Part shown: one piece after another, positions 1 through 11,400 of the stretch
Layout of the letters: the number at the start of each line of letters is the position of its first letter
Numbering within the stretch: the first letter of the stretch is position 1
DNA from: Octopus sinensis
Taxonomy: Eukaryota
Assembly: GCF_006345805.1 (NCBI RefSeq)
Contig: NW_021833978.1
Span: forward strand, 1-52,084
Length of the DNA: 52,084 nucleotides
Reading direction: 5' to 3'
Translations under genes and position numbers: made by a program
Notes under the pieces: generated by a model
The model's database searches: none
What the model was told of the DNA's origin: nothing
What the model saw: the letters and a program-made list of their open reading frames with translations, nothing else

Positions 1-42
1 AAAGCAATTAAAATTCACCGTCCAAAGTAGCTAGCTGAGTAT

Positions 43-296
43 TTATGGGTTACGTACGAAATGATACCTATTAGTCGAATAGTATTATATGGGTTATGTA
101 CGAATGATACCAATTAGTCGAATGGTATTATATAGTATGATACATATTAGTTGAAAAGTATTATATGGGTTACGTACAAATGATACACATTAGTCGAATA
201 GTTTTATATGGGTTATGTACGAATGATACCTATTAGTCGAATAGTATTATATGGGTTATGTACGAATGATACCTATTAGTCGAATAGTATTATAAC
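43..296. repeat. ~43-bp minisatellite, about 6 copies
   Basis: Tandem TATATGGGTTATGTACGAATGATACCTATTAGTCGAATAGTAT with substitutions; one copy is shortened. Confidence 0.9.
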
Positions 297-983
297 TTTA
301 GAGGAAAACAAAAAAAGATCTGCACGCAACTACAGTCACTATTGACGCTAGTATTTTGCGTTCTCTGTTTCACAAGTAACACTTTAAGGAAAGAAGAGCG
401 CATCGACTAACGCCTGCTGTCAAGACATGACGACCGGAATAAGAAGGCGACATTGCCAGTAGTAATACATTTTTCGAGATATGACGATGGTTAGAAAATG
501 GATGAAAGTATACGGCACAAAGAGGTCGGAGTAGTTAGCGAAGAGAGATAGAAGAATTAAAAGTGCGCCAAGGCTGAAAACAACAAACGCACAAGAATAT
601 ATAATTACGACAGTTGAACAAAATGTTGGAATCTGAAACAGGTGCATATACATCTAAGTGCACTTAATCGATAATAAAACAGTAAGTACAAAGATAAGAA
701 ACGTGTAATTCTTGAAGAAGGAAATGTAGGAATGGAACGGTAGGTCTCATGTTGAACCCAACACCATAAAATGCCTTCGGGCGCTTTCGGGACAAACAGG
801 TCCCAACACAATCAACCGAAGTGTCATATATGTATTGTAATAGTCACACCAAGTCCCTATGTTCTCGATATGGATGTGAGATGTTTGGACTTCTGTTTAT
901 TTCATTCTATATCCATCTCTGTCACTTTTGTAATGCATATAAACATGTATCTGTATATGTAAGCGTACATCTCACACTCTCTC

Positions 984-1009
984 TATATATATACATACAT
1001 ATATATATG

Positions 1010-1048
<39 letters not shown>

Positions 1049-1270
1049 TATATATATATATATATATATATGTATATTGTTATATATATATATATGTATA
1101 TATGATATATATATATATGTATATATGTATATATATATTATGTATATATATATATGTATATATATATATCTATATATATATATATATATATAATATATAT
1201 ATATATGATATATATATATAGATAATATATATATTATATATATATGTATATATATATATGTATATATAAT
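984..1270. repeat. (TA)n-rich compound microsatellite
   Basis: Direct inspection. Confidence 0.95.
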
Positions 1271-1434
1271 ATACCAATTAAGGACTGAACACGAAAAGGT
1301 GGACAGTCAACATGCTAGATATAGACGTCAAATCGCCATTCTCCACAAAGATTTTGTTCTCAAATAAAAATAAAATTCAGCACGACCTAAATCAATGGAT
1401 GAGACAAAAGAAATATACTAAATGGAATAAATAC

Positions 1435-1494
1435 CTACGTACTGCAGTTTCAGCTATTAATATCACAAGGATATCTGTAACTTCATCAGCGTAG
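1435..1494 (-). ncRNA. Type I hammerhead ribozyme (intact, antisense copy)
   Basis: Reverse complement reads CTACG CTGATGA AGTTA..TAGCT GAAA CTGCAG TA CGTAG, identical to the 2095-2154 copy. Confidence 0.85.
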
Positions 1495-2094
1495 TTTGGT
1501 ATGAGCATAATATGCTGTACTAGATGAAAAACGGTACCGGAGTCCCGCATGCAAAAAGTACAACCTATTACGTTCGGATGTATCTTTCGAATCCTCTACT
1601 TTTGGACGCTGATAATCGAAAAACTAGCCTGCAGTTAATAAATTAGCAGCAGTCAATTTATCGGTTGAGAACATATATTTCATATTTAAAAATTGCTTTA
1701 GTCGTGCTGAATTTTATTTTATTTGAGAACAAAATCTTTGTGGAGAATGGCGATTTGACGTCTATATCTAGCATGTTGACTGTCCACCTTTTCGTGTTCA
1801 GTCCTTAAGTGGTATATATAAATATTTTAATCTTCGGATTCTTTTTAATGTGCTAGACCACTGGTTTTAATTGACTAATATCAATTTCTACCCTTAATTT
1901 TTAAATATGAAATATATGTTCTCAAACCGTAAATTGACGGCTGCTAATTTATTAACTGCAGGCTAGTTTTTCGATATCAGCGTCCAAAAGTAGAGGCATT
2001 CGAAAGATACATCCGAACGTAATAGGTTGTACTTTTTGCATGCGGGACTCCGGTACGTTTTTCATCTAGTACAGCATATTATGCTCATAACAAA

Positions 2095-2154
2095 CTACGC
2101 TGATGAAGTTACAGATATCCTTGTGATATTAATAGCTGAAACTGCAGTACGTAG
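2095..2154 (+). ncRNA. Type I hammerhead ribozyme (intact)
   Basis: Stem I CTACG(2095-99)/CGTAG(2150-54); core CTGATGA 2100-06; stem II AGTTA/TAGCT plus GATATC/GATATT; GAAA 2138-41; palindromic ACTGCAGT stem III; GUA cleavage triplet, predicted cut after 2149. Confidence 0.85.
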
Positions 2155-2599
2155 GTAATTATTCTATTTAGTATATTTCTTTTGTCTCATCCATTGCTTT
2201 AGGTCGTGCTGATTTTATTTTTATTTGAGAACAAAATCTTTGGTGAGAATGGCGATTTGAAGTCTATATCTAGCATGTTGACTGTCCACCTTTTCGTGTT
2301 CAGTCCTAATTGGTATATATAAATATTTTAATCTTCGGATTCTTTTTAATGTGCTAGACCACTGGTTTTAATTGACTATATCAATTTCTACCCTTAATTT
2401 TTAATATGAAATATATGTTCTCAAACCGATAAATTGACTGCTGCTAATTTATTAACTGCAGGCTAGTTTTTCGATTATCAGCGCGCCAAAAGTAGAGGCA
2501 TTCGAAAGATACATCCGAACGTAATAGGTTGTACTTTTTGCATGCGGGACTCCTGGTACCGTTTTCATCTAGTATATAGCATATTATGCTCATAACAAA

Positions 2600-2659
2600 C
2601 TACGTGATGAAGTTACAGATATCCTGTGATATTAATAGCTGAAAACTGGCAGTACGTAG
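2600..2659 (+). ncRNA. Hammerhead copy with small indels (degenerate or sequencing errors)
   Basis: CTACG-TGATGA lacks the core C; GAAAA and CTGGCAGT each carry an extra base; otherwise the same as 2095-2154. Confidence 0.6.
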
Positions 2660-2913
2660 GTAATATTCCATTTAGTATATTTCTTTTGTCTCATCCATTG
2701 CTTTAGGTCGTGCTGAATTTTATTTTTATTTGAGAACAAAATCTTTGTGGAGATGGCGATTGACGTCTATATCTAGCATGTTGACTGTCCACCTTTTCGT
2801 GTTCAGTCCTTATTGGTATATATAAATATTTTAATCTTCGGATTCTTTTTAATGTGCTAGACCCCTGGTTTTAATTGACTAATATCAATTTCTACCCTTA
2901 ATTTTTAAATATG

Positions 2914-2970
2914 TATTATATATTATATAATATATATAATATATATATATATACATCTATATATATAATG

Positions 2971-3002
<32 letters not shown>

Positions 3003-3150
3003 TACTATATATATATATACATGTATATATATATATGTATAATAATATATAGATATATATATATATATACATGTATATATATATATGTACCTATATATTA
3101 TATATATATATATATGATAGATATATATATATATATATTATGTACTATAT
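2914..3150. repeat. (TA)n-rich microsatellite
   Basis: Direct inspection. Confidence 0.95.
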
Positions 3151-3357
3151 ATTGGAAGGTTTGAGATGAGATGATGTACAGGTATTTTATATTAGAAGAA
3201 ATGTGGTACGGTACTCTAAAAATCGAATGGTTTATATTTACAAATATATTTTATACTTCATATAACTTAGATCATGTATTAGCACTTTCTCCCATTCTAG
3301 TGGAGTTTTCAAATCAAAAACTAAGTTCCTATGTGAAAAGTTTATATATATATAAAC

Positions 3358-3398
<41 letters not shown>

Positions 3399-3845
3399 AT
3401 ATATATATATATATATGATATATGTATGGTGTGTGGTGGGGAGGGGGTATATTCACACTTCATGCATTATTCCGTACTGATCTATATTATTTATCTGGGA
3501 TGTGTTAATTACTAATTATTAATATTATTAGAAAGGTGGCGATCTGGCAGCACGTCTCACACACTGCTTAGCAATGTTTCGTTCGTCTCTACGTTCCGAG
3601 TTCGAATTACGCCGAGTTCGACTTTGCCTTTAATCAAAGCCAGAGATTATACTGACATACTTTTCAGTTCATTGTAAATGCTCCTACAATCATTCGTTTT
3701 CTAACTGTCTTGAGATGCTCCATAATTTTCGATTTGAATGAACATATGTTCATATTTTCAGAGCTTGTCAAATTCCTCAGCCGAATTATTATAACAAGGG
3801 GTACTAGCATAGATTATTAAACAGACTTTACGATTTAGGTATTTA

Positions 3846-4615
3846 AGGCGAGGATCTGCCACAATCGTTAACACGCCGGACGAAATGCTTAGCAGTATCT
3901 CATCTGCAGCCACGTTCTGTGTTCAAATTCCACAGAAGTCGACTTTGCCTTTCATCCTTTCGGGGTCGATTAAATAAGTACCAGTTACGTACTGCGGTTG
4001 ATATAATCGACTTAATCCGTTTGTCTGTTGTTGTTTGTCCCCTCTGTGTGTAGACCCTTGTGGGTAGTAAAGAAATAGGTATTTCGTCTGCCGTTACGTT
4101 CTGTGTTCAAATTCTACCGAGGTCGACTTTGCTTTTCATCCTTTCGGGAATCGATAAATTAAGTACCAGTTACGCACTGGGGTCGATATAATCGTCTTAA
4201 TCCGTTTGTCTGTCCTTGTATGTCCCCTATGTGTTTAGCCCCTTGTGGGTAATAAAGAAATGGGTATATCGTCTGCAGCCACGTTCTGTGTCCAATTCCG
4301 TCGAGGTCGACTTTGGCTTCCATCATTTCGGGGTCGATAAATTAAGAACCAGTTACGCACTGGGGTCGATATAATCGTCTTAATCCGTTTGTCTGTCCAT
4401 GTATGTCCCCTATGTGTTTAGCCCCTTGTGGGTAATAAAGAAATGGGTATATCGTCTGCAGCCACGTTCTGTGCTCAAATTCCGTCGAGGTCGACTTTGG
4501 CTTCCATCATTTCGGGGTCGATAAAATAAGTACTAGTTGAACACTGATGTCGTTGTATTTGACTCATCCGTACCTCCAACAATCTTCCCTTATGGCAAGA
4601 ATTTGAAATAATTAT
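3846..4615 (+). mobile_element. Family C SINE array: one head, three ~184-bp units, final body with a different tail
   Basis: Units start at ~3894, 4078, 4263 and 4446 at a GGTAT(T/A)TCGTCTG-like motif; B-box-like GTTCAAATTC and GTCGACTTTGCCTTTCATCCTTTCGGGGTCGAT body. Confidence 0.85.
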
Positions 4616-5000
4616 GTAAGTCTTTTACAACAGTATCCAATTTATTAGCTTTGATGGTTCTGCCTGTATATACTGGCAGATAGCATAGAATAACTATGTT
4701 TTCCCGTCAGTCACAGATTCAGTGTGGTGATTATACCATTAGCCAACAACATTGAATTTATGATGCCGACATATTAACCTGTGTAATTATCGGTCATCTT
4801 TGTCCAATCTTGATTAATAGTCCACTGGTGTTAAAACCTTACATCCAGAGATTAAGTCCTCCAGTAGGTTCAATCTCATCATCGCACTTTCAGCACTTTC
4901 GATCTACACCATTTTTTTACAACATTGCCTGGGTAGTTCTGGCCCCATAAGCACTGAGATGCCTGGGCATTTATCGTTGTTGTTGTTGTTGTTGTTGTTA

Positions 5001-5138
5001 TTCAAATTCCGCAGAGGTCGACTTTGCCTTTCATCCTTCCAGGATTGATTAAATAATTACTAGTTATGCACTGAGTTGATGTAATCGATTTAATCTCTTC
5101 AATCATATTTCCGGCCTTGGGCGTACAGCAGAAAGGGA
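5001..5138 (+). mobile_element. Family C SINE fragment (5' truncated)
   Basis: TTCAAATTCCGCAGAGGTCGACTTTGCCTTTCATCC body. Confidence 0.75.
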
Positions 5139-5163
5139 TTATTATTATTATTATTATTATTAT

Positions 5164-5737
5164 TGAGTGAGAGAGCAGTTCATGCCATCAAAGTGACACT
5201 GGGGTAAAATATACGAAGCCCAATATACCCATCATGACTACCCGTCTGATAAAGGTACACTAGGCACATGCATCACAACCATATGTGCGCGACATGGTGA
5301 TCTCATATCAAGATAAACAGCACATGACCTTGCAGGTGGGGGCCAGTTAGAATTTTCTTCAGGTTGAGTAGCCCATCCCACTATTCAAACCCCAAAGAAT
5401 CCCTCTCAACACATGGATATGATGCTCCCCCACTACTTCTGCTCGTGATCAGAGATGCACATATCGTCAGCCACTAAGGGACATGCTCAACTGGTTAAGG
5501 TCAAACAACTGACAAGCAAATCTGTGGTATTGAGCAGAATATTTGCTGTAGCCCATCTTTTATACCAAGACAAAACAATGTACATGATGACACTTCCAAT
5601 CAGTTAAGATCAGAAGCCATGAGAGCCACTGCCTGGTACTGCATCAGGACATGATCAAAGCCATGAGAGCCACTGCCTGGTACTGCATCAGGGCATGATC
5701 AAAGCCATGAGAGCCACTGCCTGGTACTGCATCAGGG

Positions 5738-5740
<3 letters not shown>
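5164..5740 (-). mobile_element. Short non-coding retroelement derivative embedded in (ATT)n, possibly Dong/R4-like; terminal 44 bp triplicated
   Basis: GC-richer block with (ATT)n on both sides; three tandem copies of GATCAAAGCCATGAGAGCCACTGCCTGGTACTGCATCAGGGCAT at 5608-5740. Clade and strand are inferred from the (TAA)n context only. Confidence 0.45.

Positions 5741-5819
<79 letters not shown>
5739..5819. repeat. (ATT)n microsatellite, about 27 units
   Basis: Direct inspection. Confidence 0.95.
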
Positions 5820-5820
<1 letters not shown>

Positions 5821-5974
5821 TATGTTTGATTTTTGCTTTATATTTGTACAAGTTGGCTCCAAGTCTCACCCGGAGACCTCAAGATACAACATGTTTATTA
5901 TCATCATTGTTTTTGTTGTTTTTGTTGTTGTTGTTGTTGGTCGTGGTGGTGGTGGTGTTTCTATGTTTCTCTTT

Positions 5975-6390
5975 ATCGCAGTGAAGAGCGTGAGGGAGTA
6001 CACTCAGATCTGTAGAGCGCAAAGAATTGAATTCTTCACGATGACAATGCACTCTGCCACCGAGCTCTCCTCGCTCCTGAGCTTCACACCAAAATCAAAC
6101 TTTCATTGCTTCGACACCCATACTATTCGCCAGATTAAGTTCCAGTGGATTTCCATCTCTTCCTTAAGATGAAAATGCAGCTCAAAAGTCACCGATTTAA
6201 CAGTGTTATCGAGAACCAGAGCAAATCACAGACGGACCTCGACTCACTTACGGAAAACCACTTCTAGGCCTGATCCTAAAAGTGGTGAGAACGCTGTGAC
6301 CTGTGTATTTCGAAAGAGATTATGTTAAAACTCAGGTAAATAAGGTACCTTTTATTAAACATAACATATCCGGTAACTTTTTCATACCAC
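5975..6390 (+). pseudogene. Mariner transposase C-terminal remnant
   Basis: Frame from 6001: SDL*SAKN*ILHDDNALCHRALL..LRHPYYSPD*VPVDFHLFLKMKMQLKSHRF..KW*ERCDLCI; matches mariner HHDNA and HPPYSPDLAPxDFHLF motifs; several stops. Confidence 0.9.
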
Positions 6391-6921
6391 TTAGCACAAG
6401 GCCATATACAACTTATGGTGAGGGAGTAAACAAACCCCACATTTTTATTTTGATTTGTATTCTTTATTATCATGGACAGTATCGGTGTGATAGTGAAACG
6501 CTTGTGTATTCAAATGATGGGCATATAGGTATTACATTCTTGCAGGAAATTAAGGACAATCAACAATGTACGTCCTGCACCGACATTATTAATTATCTGG
6601 CTTTTATGAAAAGGTCAGTTGCACGTTTGTTTTCTGTGATAAAAATTGTCCGTAAAATTTGAAGCATTTGACAATATTTCAAAAGCGAAGGTAAGGAATG
6701 AATTAAGCTGGACAGACATCACCTGTGAATCTGGCTTATTTGTGCGGAAACAAGAAGCAAAAATAGCGAATGAAACAAAGTGAGAACATTCAAAAGAACA
6801 AAAAAAATATATTTGATATTCTTTCGAAGATTATAAATTCTTAAGACGGCAACAATATCTATCTACTGTGCGTCTATATACATACATACATACAAACATA
6901 CACACATATACATACACACAC

Positions 6922-7157
6922 ATACCGATTTCTTTACTACCCACAAGGGACTAAACATAAGGAGGACAAACAAGGACAGACAAACGGATTGAGTCGATTC
7001 CATCGACCCCAGTGCGTAACTGGTACTTAATTTAACGACCCTGAATGGATGAAAGGCAAAGTCGACCTCGGCGGAATTTGAACTAAGAACGTAACAGCAG
7101 ACTAAATACGGCTACGCATTTCGACCGGCGTGCTAACGGTGCTGTCAGCTCGCCGCC
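6922..7157 (-). mobile_element. Family C SINE, full head plus Tx1-type tail
   Basis: Reverse complement gives GGCGGCGAGCTG.. head, body and ..CCCTTGTGGGTAGTAAAGAAATCGGTAT end. Confidence 0.85.
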
Positions 7158-7482
7158 TTCTTACACACACATACCTACACGAATACGCGCACGCACACAT
7201 ATATATTCATGTATATGAAACAATAAATGAAAAACACGTGATTCGAGATCGCTACGAACGTCACTCATTTCGGTAATGAAAAACCTCATTTTTTTTCTTA
7301 TAATTCAAACAAATCCTCTTTTTGTTTAGATTGAATGTAAAACTTCCTTCCAGCTATAAATGACAACACCTTTGCGTAGATGCAGAAGACAATAATAGAA
7401 ATGAGACTGAAATACGCAGCAGGACATCACAGTTCGTCACATAAAAAAAATAAGTACCTTTTTTAAGATACAGCGATAATAT

Positions 7483-7747
7483 CACGTGATCACGTGACCG
7501 ACCAGTCCATCAGATGTAGTTATACATCGCTGGTCACAATGCGTTCGCATTGTTTTAGCCTTCGAATGACGCCACCCCGCTGGCTAAGCGAGCAGGCCAA
7601 CAGAAGAAAGAGTGGGAGAAAGAGTGGTGAAAGAGTACAGCAGGGATCACCACCATCCCCTGCCGGAGCATCGTGGAGCTTTTAGGTGTTTTCGCTCAAT
7701 AAACACTCACAACGCCCGGTCTGGGAATCGAAACCGCGATGTGTAAC
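7483..7747 (-). mobile_element. Family B SINE variant with alternative 3' tail, 5' truncated, 14-bp TSD
   Basis: TACAGCGATAATAT at 7469-7482 and 7748-7761; B body (7600-7740) joined to a tail also present alone at 15838-15960. Confidence 0.8.
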
Positions 7748-7870
7748 TACAGCGATAATATACCACGATCATTTAAAGTGATACACTGAAAAACAACTAA
7801 ATATACATTTTTCACAAACATTGACGCTGTTTGACATAAATTATTGACAAAGATAATTTCGATTTGCAGT

Positions 7871-8269
7871 TAGCTTGCTAACCAACCACATGGTTCCGGG
7901 TTCAGTCCCACTGCGTGGCACCTTGGCCAAGTGTCTTCTGCTATAGCCCCGGGCCGACCAATGCCTTGTGAGTGGATTTGGTAGACGGAAACTGAAAGAA
8001 GCCTGTCGTATATATGTATATATATATAAGTGTGTGTGTGTGTATATGTTTGTGTGTCTGTGTTTGTCCCCCTAGCATTGCTTGACAACCGATGCTGGTG
8101 TGTTTACGTCCCCGTCACTTAGCGGTTCGGCAAAAAAGAGACCGATAGAATAAGTACTGGGCTTACAAAGAATAAGTCCCGGGGTTGATTTGCTCGACTA
8201 AAGGCGTTGCTCCAGCATGACCGCAGTCAAATGACTGAAACAAGTAAAAGAGTAAGAGAGAGAGAGAGA
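7871..8269 (+). mobile_element. Family A tRNA-derived SINE (CORE-like) with internal (TA)(TG) tract
   Basis: GGTTCAGTCCC B box, GGCACCTTGGCCAAGTGTCTT CORE-like segment, 3' GACTGAAACAAGTAAAAGAG; many sister copies in the window. Confidence 0.85.
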
Positions 8270-8530
8270 CCAGATAAAAGTACAAGTATATCGTAAGGTA
8301 CACCACATAATGGAAAATAAATAATTAAAAAATTGACAGGATTTTGTTGACAATTATGATGTGTCATCTAGCGCGCATCGCCTCAACGGGAAAGTAAATA
8401 TAATGTAGGTGCCATCTCATGACCAGCAGGTAAAACAGGTTTCTTTACAAATCTGACCAATATATGCGGTGATATTTCCATAACAGAGGATATATGAAAC
8501 TGTAGACTCTGTCGAAATAAGAACGAAATA

Positions 8531-8912
8531 AGGAGGTGCAATGGCCCAGTGGTTAGGGCAGCGGACTCGCGGTCATAGGATCGCGGTTTCGATTCCCAGA
8601 CCGGGCGTTGTGAGTGTTTATTGAGCGAAAACCCCTAAAGTTCCACGAGGCTCCGGCAGGGGATGGTGGTGATCCCTGCTGTACTCTTTCACCACAACTT
8701 TCTCTCACTATTACTTCCTGTTTCTGTTGTACCTGTATTTCAAAGGGCCGGCCTTGTCACTCTCTGTGTCACGCTAAATATCCCAAAGAACTACGTTAAG
8801 GGTGCACGTGTCTGTGGAGTGCTCAGCCACTTACACGTTAATTTCACGAGCAGGCTGTTCCGATGATTAGGATCAACCGGAACCCTCGTCGTCGTAACCG
8901 ACGGAGTGCTTC
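8531..8912 (+). mobile_element. Family B tRNA-derived SINE, near full length
   Basis: A box TGGCCCAGTGG, B box GGTTTCGATTCCC; near-identical copies at 28677 and 49577. Confidence 0.9.
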
Positions 8913-9157
8913 TAAAAAACTTTGACAATAGGAGAGAGATTTGGAAGCAGTAACCAAAATCAAGCGAAAAAAGTACAAACTGAGGAACTCAAAGAAACTC
9001 TACACCACAAGGTGAAGTGATGCAGAGCTGTTTCAGGTTTAGCATTGTCTGCGCTCTAACACACAATCCTTAAATTTGTGTAATGCCAAATTTTCATCCT
9101 GTTACATATGTACGGTTTTTAGTTTAAATGCATGCATACAATCATTTTCTAAATTAA

Positions 9158-9429
9158 TATTCGGTTGGCAACTAAGTTCCTGCCGTTTTTTTTTTTAACT
9201 TTGGAATGTATTTTTTCGAGGATTCTATTTTCGAATCATTTTGGTAACTATTTTTTTTTCTAGTTAATTTTAGTTAATTTTTGTTTATTTTCAGATAATT
9301 GAACTGGAATGTCAAGTTAAGAAAAACGAGTATTTTCGATACCTCCTTCTTTTTACCTTTAATCAAGTTTCTAAGGCCGCAAAAGCTGATCGCGGCATTT
9401 GTGCTGTATACGGAGAGTGTGACATAGCT
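9158..9429 (+). mobile_element. Mariner 5' end: TIR plus transposase N-terminus
   Basis: TATTCGGTTGGCAACTAAGT TIR-like start; 9304-9429 reads LECQVKKNEYFRYLLLFTFNQVSKAAKADRGICAVYGECDIA; truncated by (TA)n. Confidence 0.85.
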
Positions 9430-9599
9430 ATATATATATATATAATGTATATATATATTTACACACACACACACACACACAAACACAGTATATATATTAT
9501 ATATATACAAAGTATATTCTTTCTTAATTAAAAAGAAGGTGATACTTTGTATGCAATTACTATTTATATATATATATATATATATAATATATTATTTAC

Positions 9600-9632
<33 letters not shown>

Positions 9633-9796
9633 GTAACACACACATATATAGTATATATATATATATATATATAATATAATAAGCATTATACGAACTGGCA
9701 AAGTATTACCTTTTGTTTCTTTTTATATATACAGCTTCACCTAGACGTACGCATGTTTGAACTGCATCCTTTAGTATCCGTTGCAACTGAAACGGA

Positions 9797-10095
9797 GAGA
9801 TGGATAGATGGATGGATGGATGTGTGGATATATATATGCATATATACATACATACATATATACATATACATACATATACATATATACATATACATGCATA
9901 TATACATATACATATATATACATACATATATATACATATACATACATATATATACATATACATATATATATACATATACATATATATATATACATATATG
10001 TATACATATACATATATATACATATACATATATACATATACAAATATATATATATGTATGTATGTATGCATGTATGTAAGTATGTATATATGTAT
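9797..10095. repeat. Compound (GGAT)n/(TA)n/(CATATA)n microsatellite
   Basis: Direct inspection. Confidence 0.95.
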
Positions 10096-11223
10096 GTACG
10101 GTATATTCCCAACAAGGCAACTGATAAAGTGTTTTTTTTTTAATATATCGTGTACCGTCTACTGATACCTACATTAACTAGTAAAGTAATGTCTTGCTGT
10201 TATCTATGTTTTGCAATACGTTTGTACTCGTTTCTTTTCTTTCTTTTTTCGTTTGTAATACTATAGTAAGTAGTTGGTATTTAGGCCAGAAAATGTTAAA
10301 ATGGAAAGATTCTTACAGCAATTAAGAAATAACATATTCTGATTTTTATTCCATTTATTCCATCTTCCATCCCGCTCTTCTTACTGTTCCTCATGATGAG
10401 ATTCCTTTTCACCTAAATCCTTTGAATATTGTTAGTTTTGGTACTGTTACTCTCCATGGTATTATAGCCCTTATTATTGTCAAAGGGTCACAACAATATT
10501 GCATGGAATATTTAATTACATTAGTTTCCCAATACATGTTCCTTCTATCTTATTTTGACAGAAAATCAAAAATTTTTTGCGCTTGTCAAAACATCCAAAT
10601 ACACGAGCATACACAAATACAAATATAAATACCGACACACACACACACACACATACACACACACGCAAACACAAGCACACTCACGCGCATACACATACAC
10701 ACATTTGCAGGCATACCAAAGACTCTCAAATACACTTCCAAATAGGGAATCACTTCGAAGCAACTCACGTGCCAGTCATCTTTTTCATGTGCAATATCAC
10801 AGACATGCCAACGGGCACACACGTAGAAGAAAACAAAAAAGAAAAAAAACATAGCGTCAAATATTTCTATTGTTTTCATATGACTGTAAAGGAAGAATTT
10901 AATTTATATCCAAAATGCGCATAACTGGAAAATTTAATTTCGAACAGCTTCATGTATAGAAATAAACATGCAGAAATAACTGAACTTTTACTGCGTAAAA
11001 CAGTTATTAAATAGAAGAATGAAAACAAAAACTTTTTGAGCAAAATTATATTTCCATCTGCCGATTAAAAGAAACAAAAAGAAAGATTATAAGTAGGTTT
11101 TCAAAGACACCTCGCTTCAGCTCTGAAAAACCCTATATATATATATATATTCATGTATACGTGTTTATATACATACATACATACATATATTTTAATTGAT
11201 AAAAGGTGTTTTTTGTATTTCTA

Positions 11224-11263
<40 letters not shown>

Positions 11264-11304
11264 TATGAGTATAATTATAATTAGGATCAGCCAAAAAATT
11301 TGCT

Positions 11305-11400
11305 TCACCACATACCGAACTTTAGAAATAGCAGCCAAAAAACTTAGCTATTTCTTCTACCATAATAAGGAACTCCCGGACAATATATACTCAAAACAAT
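11305..11400. repeat. Dispersed repeat fragment (also ~32460-32560 and ~36363-36430)
   Basis: Shared CCACATAC(C/T)GAA..TAGAAATAGCAG(C/T)CAAAAA motif; class unknown. Confidence 0.55.

Larger units (their letters stand above)
1271..2913. mobile_element. ~500-bp hammerhead-bearing repeat: one inverted partial copy (1271-1694) plus ~2.4 tandem copies (1692-2913); Penelope-type / retrozyme-like
   Basis: The unit boundary ATATG recurs at 1905, 2404 and 2909 (period 499-505). 1271-1694 is the reverse complement of most of the unit. Flanked by (TA)n on both sides. The class is inferred from the ribozyme and the tandem+inverted layout. Confidence 0.75.

Noticed and set aside
3735-3785. Minus-strand CUGAGGA..GAAA hammerhead candidate
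   Set aside because: Stem II does not pair and no valid stem III or cleavage triplet follows.
8531-8610. tRNA gene in SINE heads (families A, B, C, D)
   Set aside because: A and B boxes are present, but I could not fold a full cloverleaf, and each head continues into a multi-copy SINE body.
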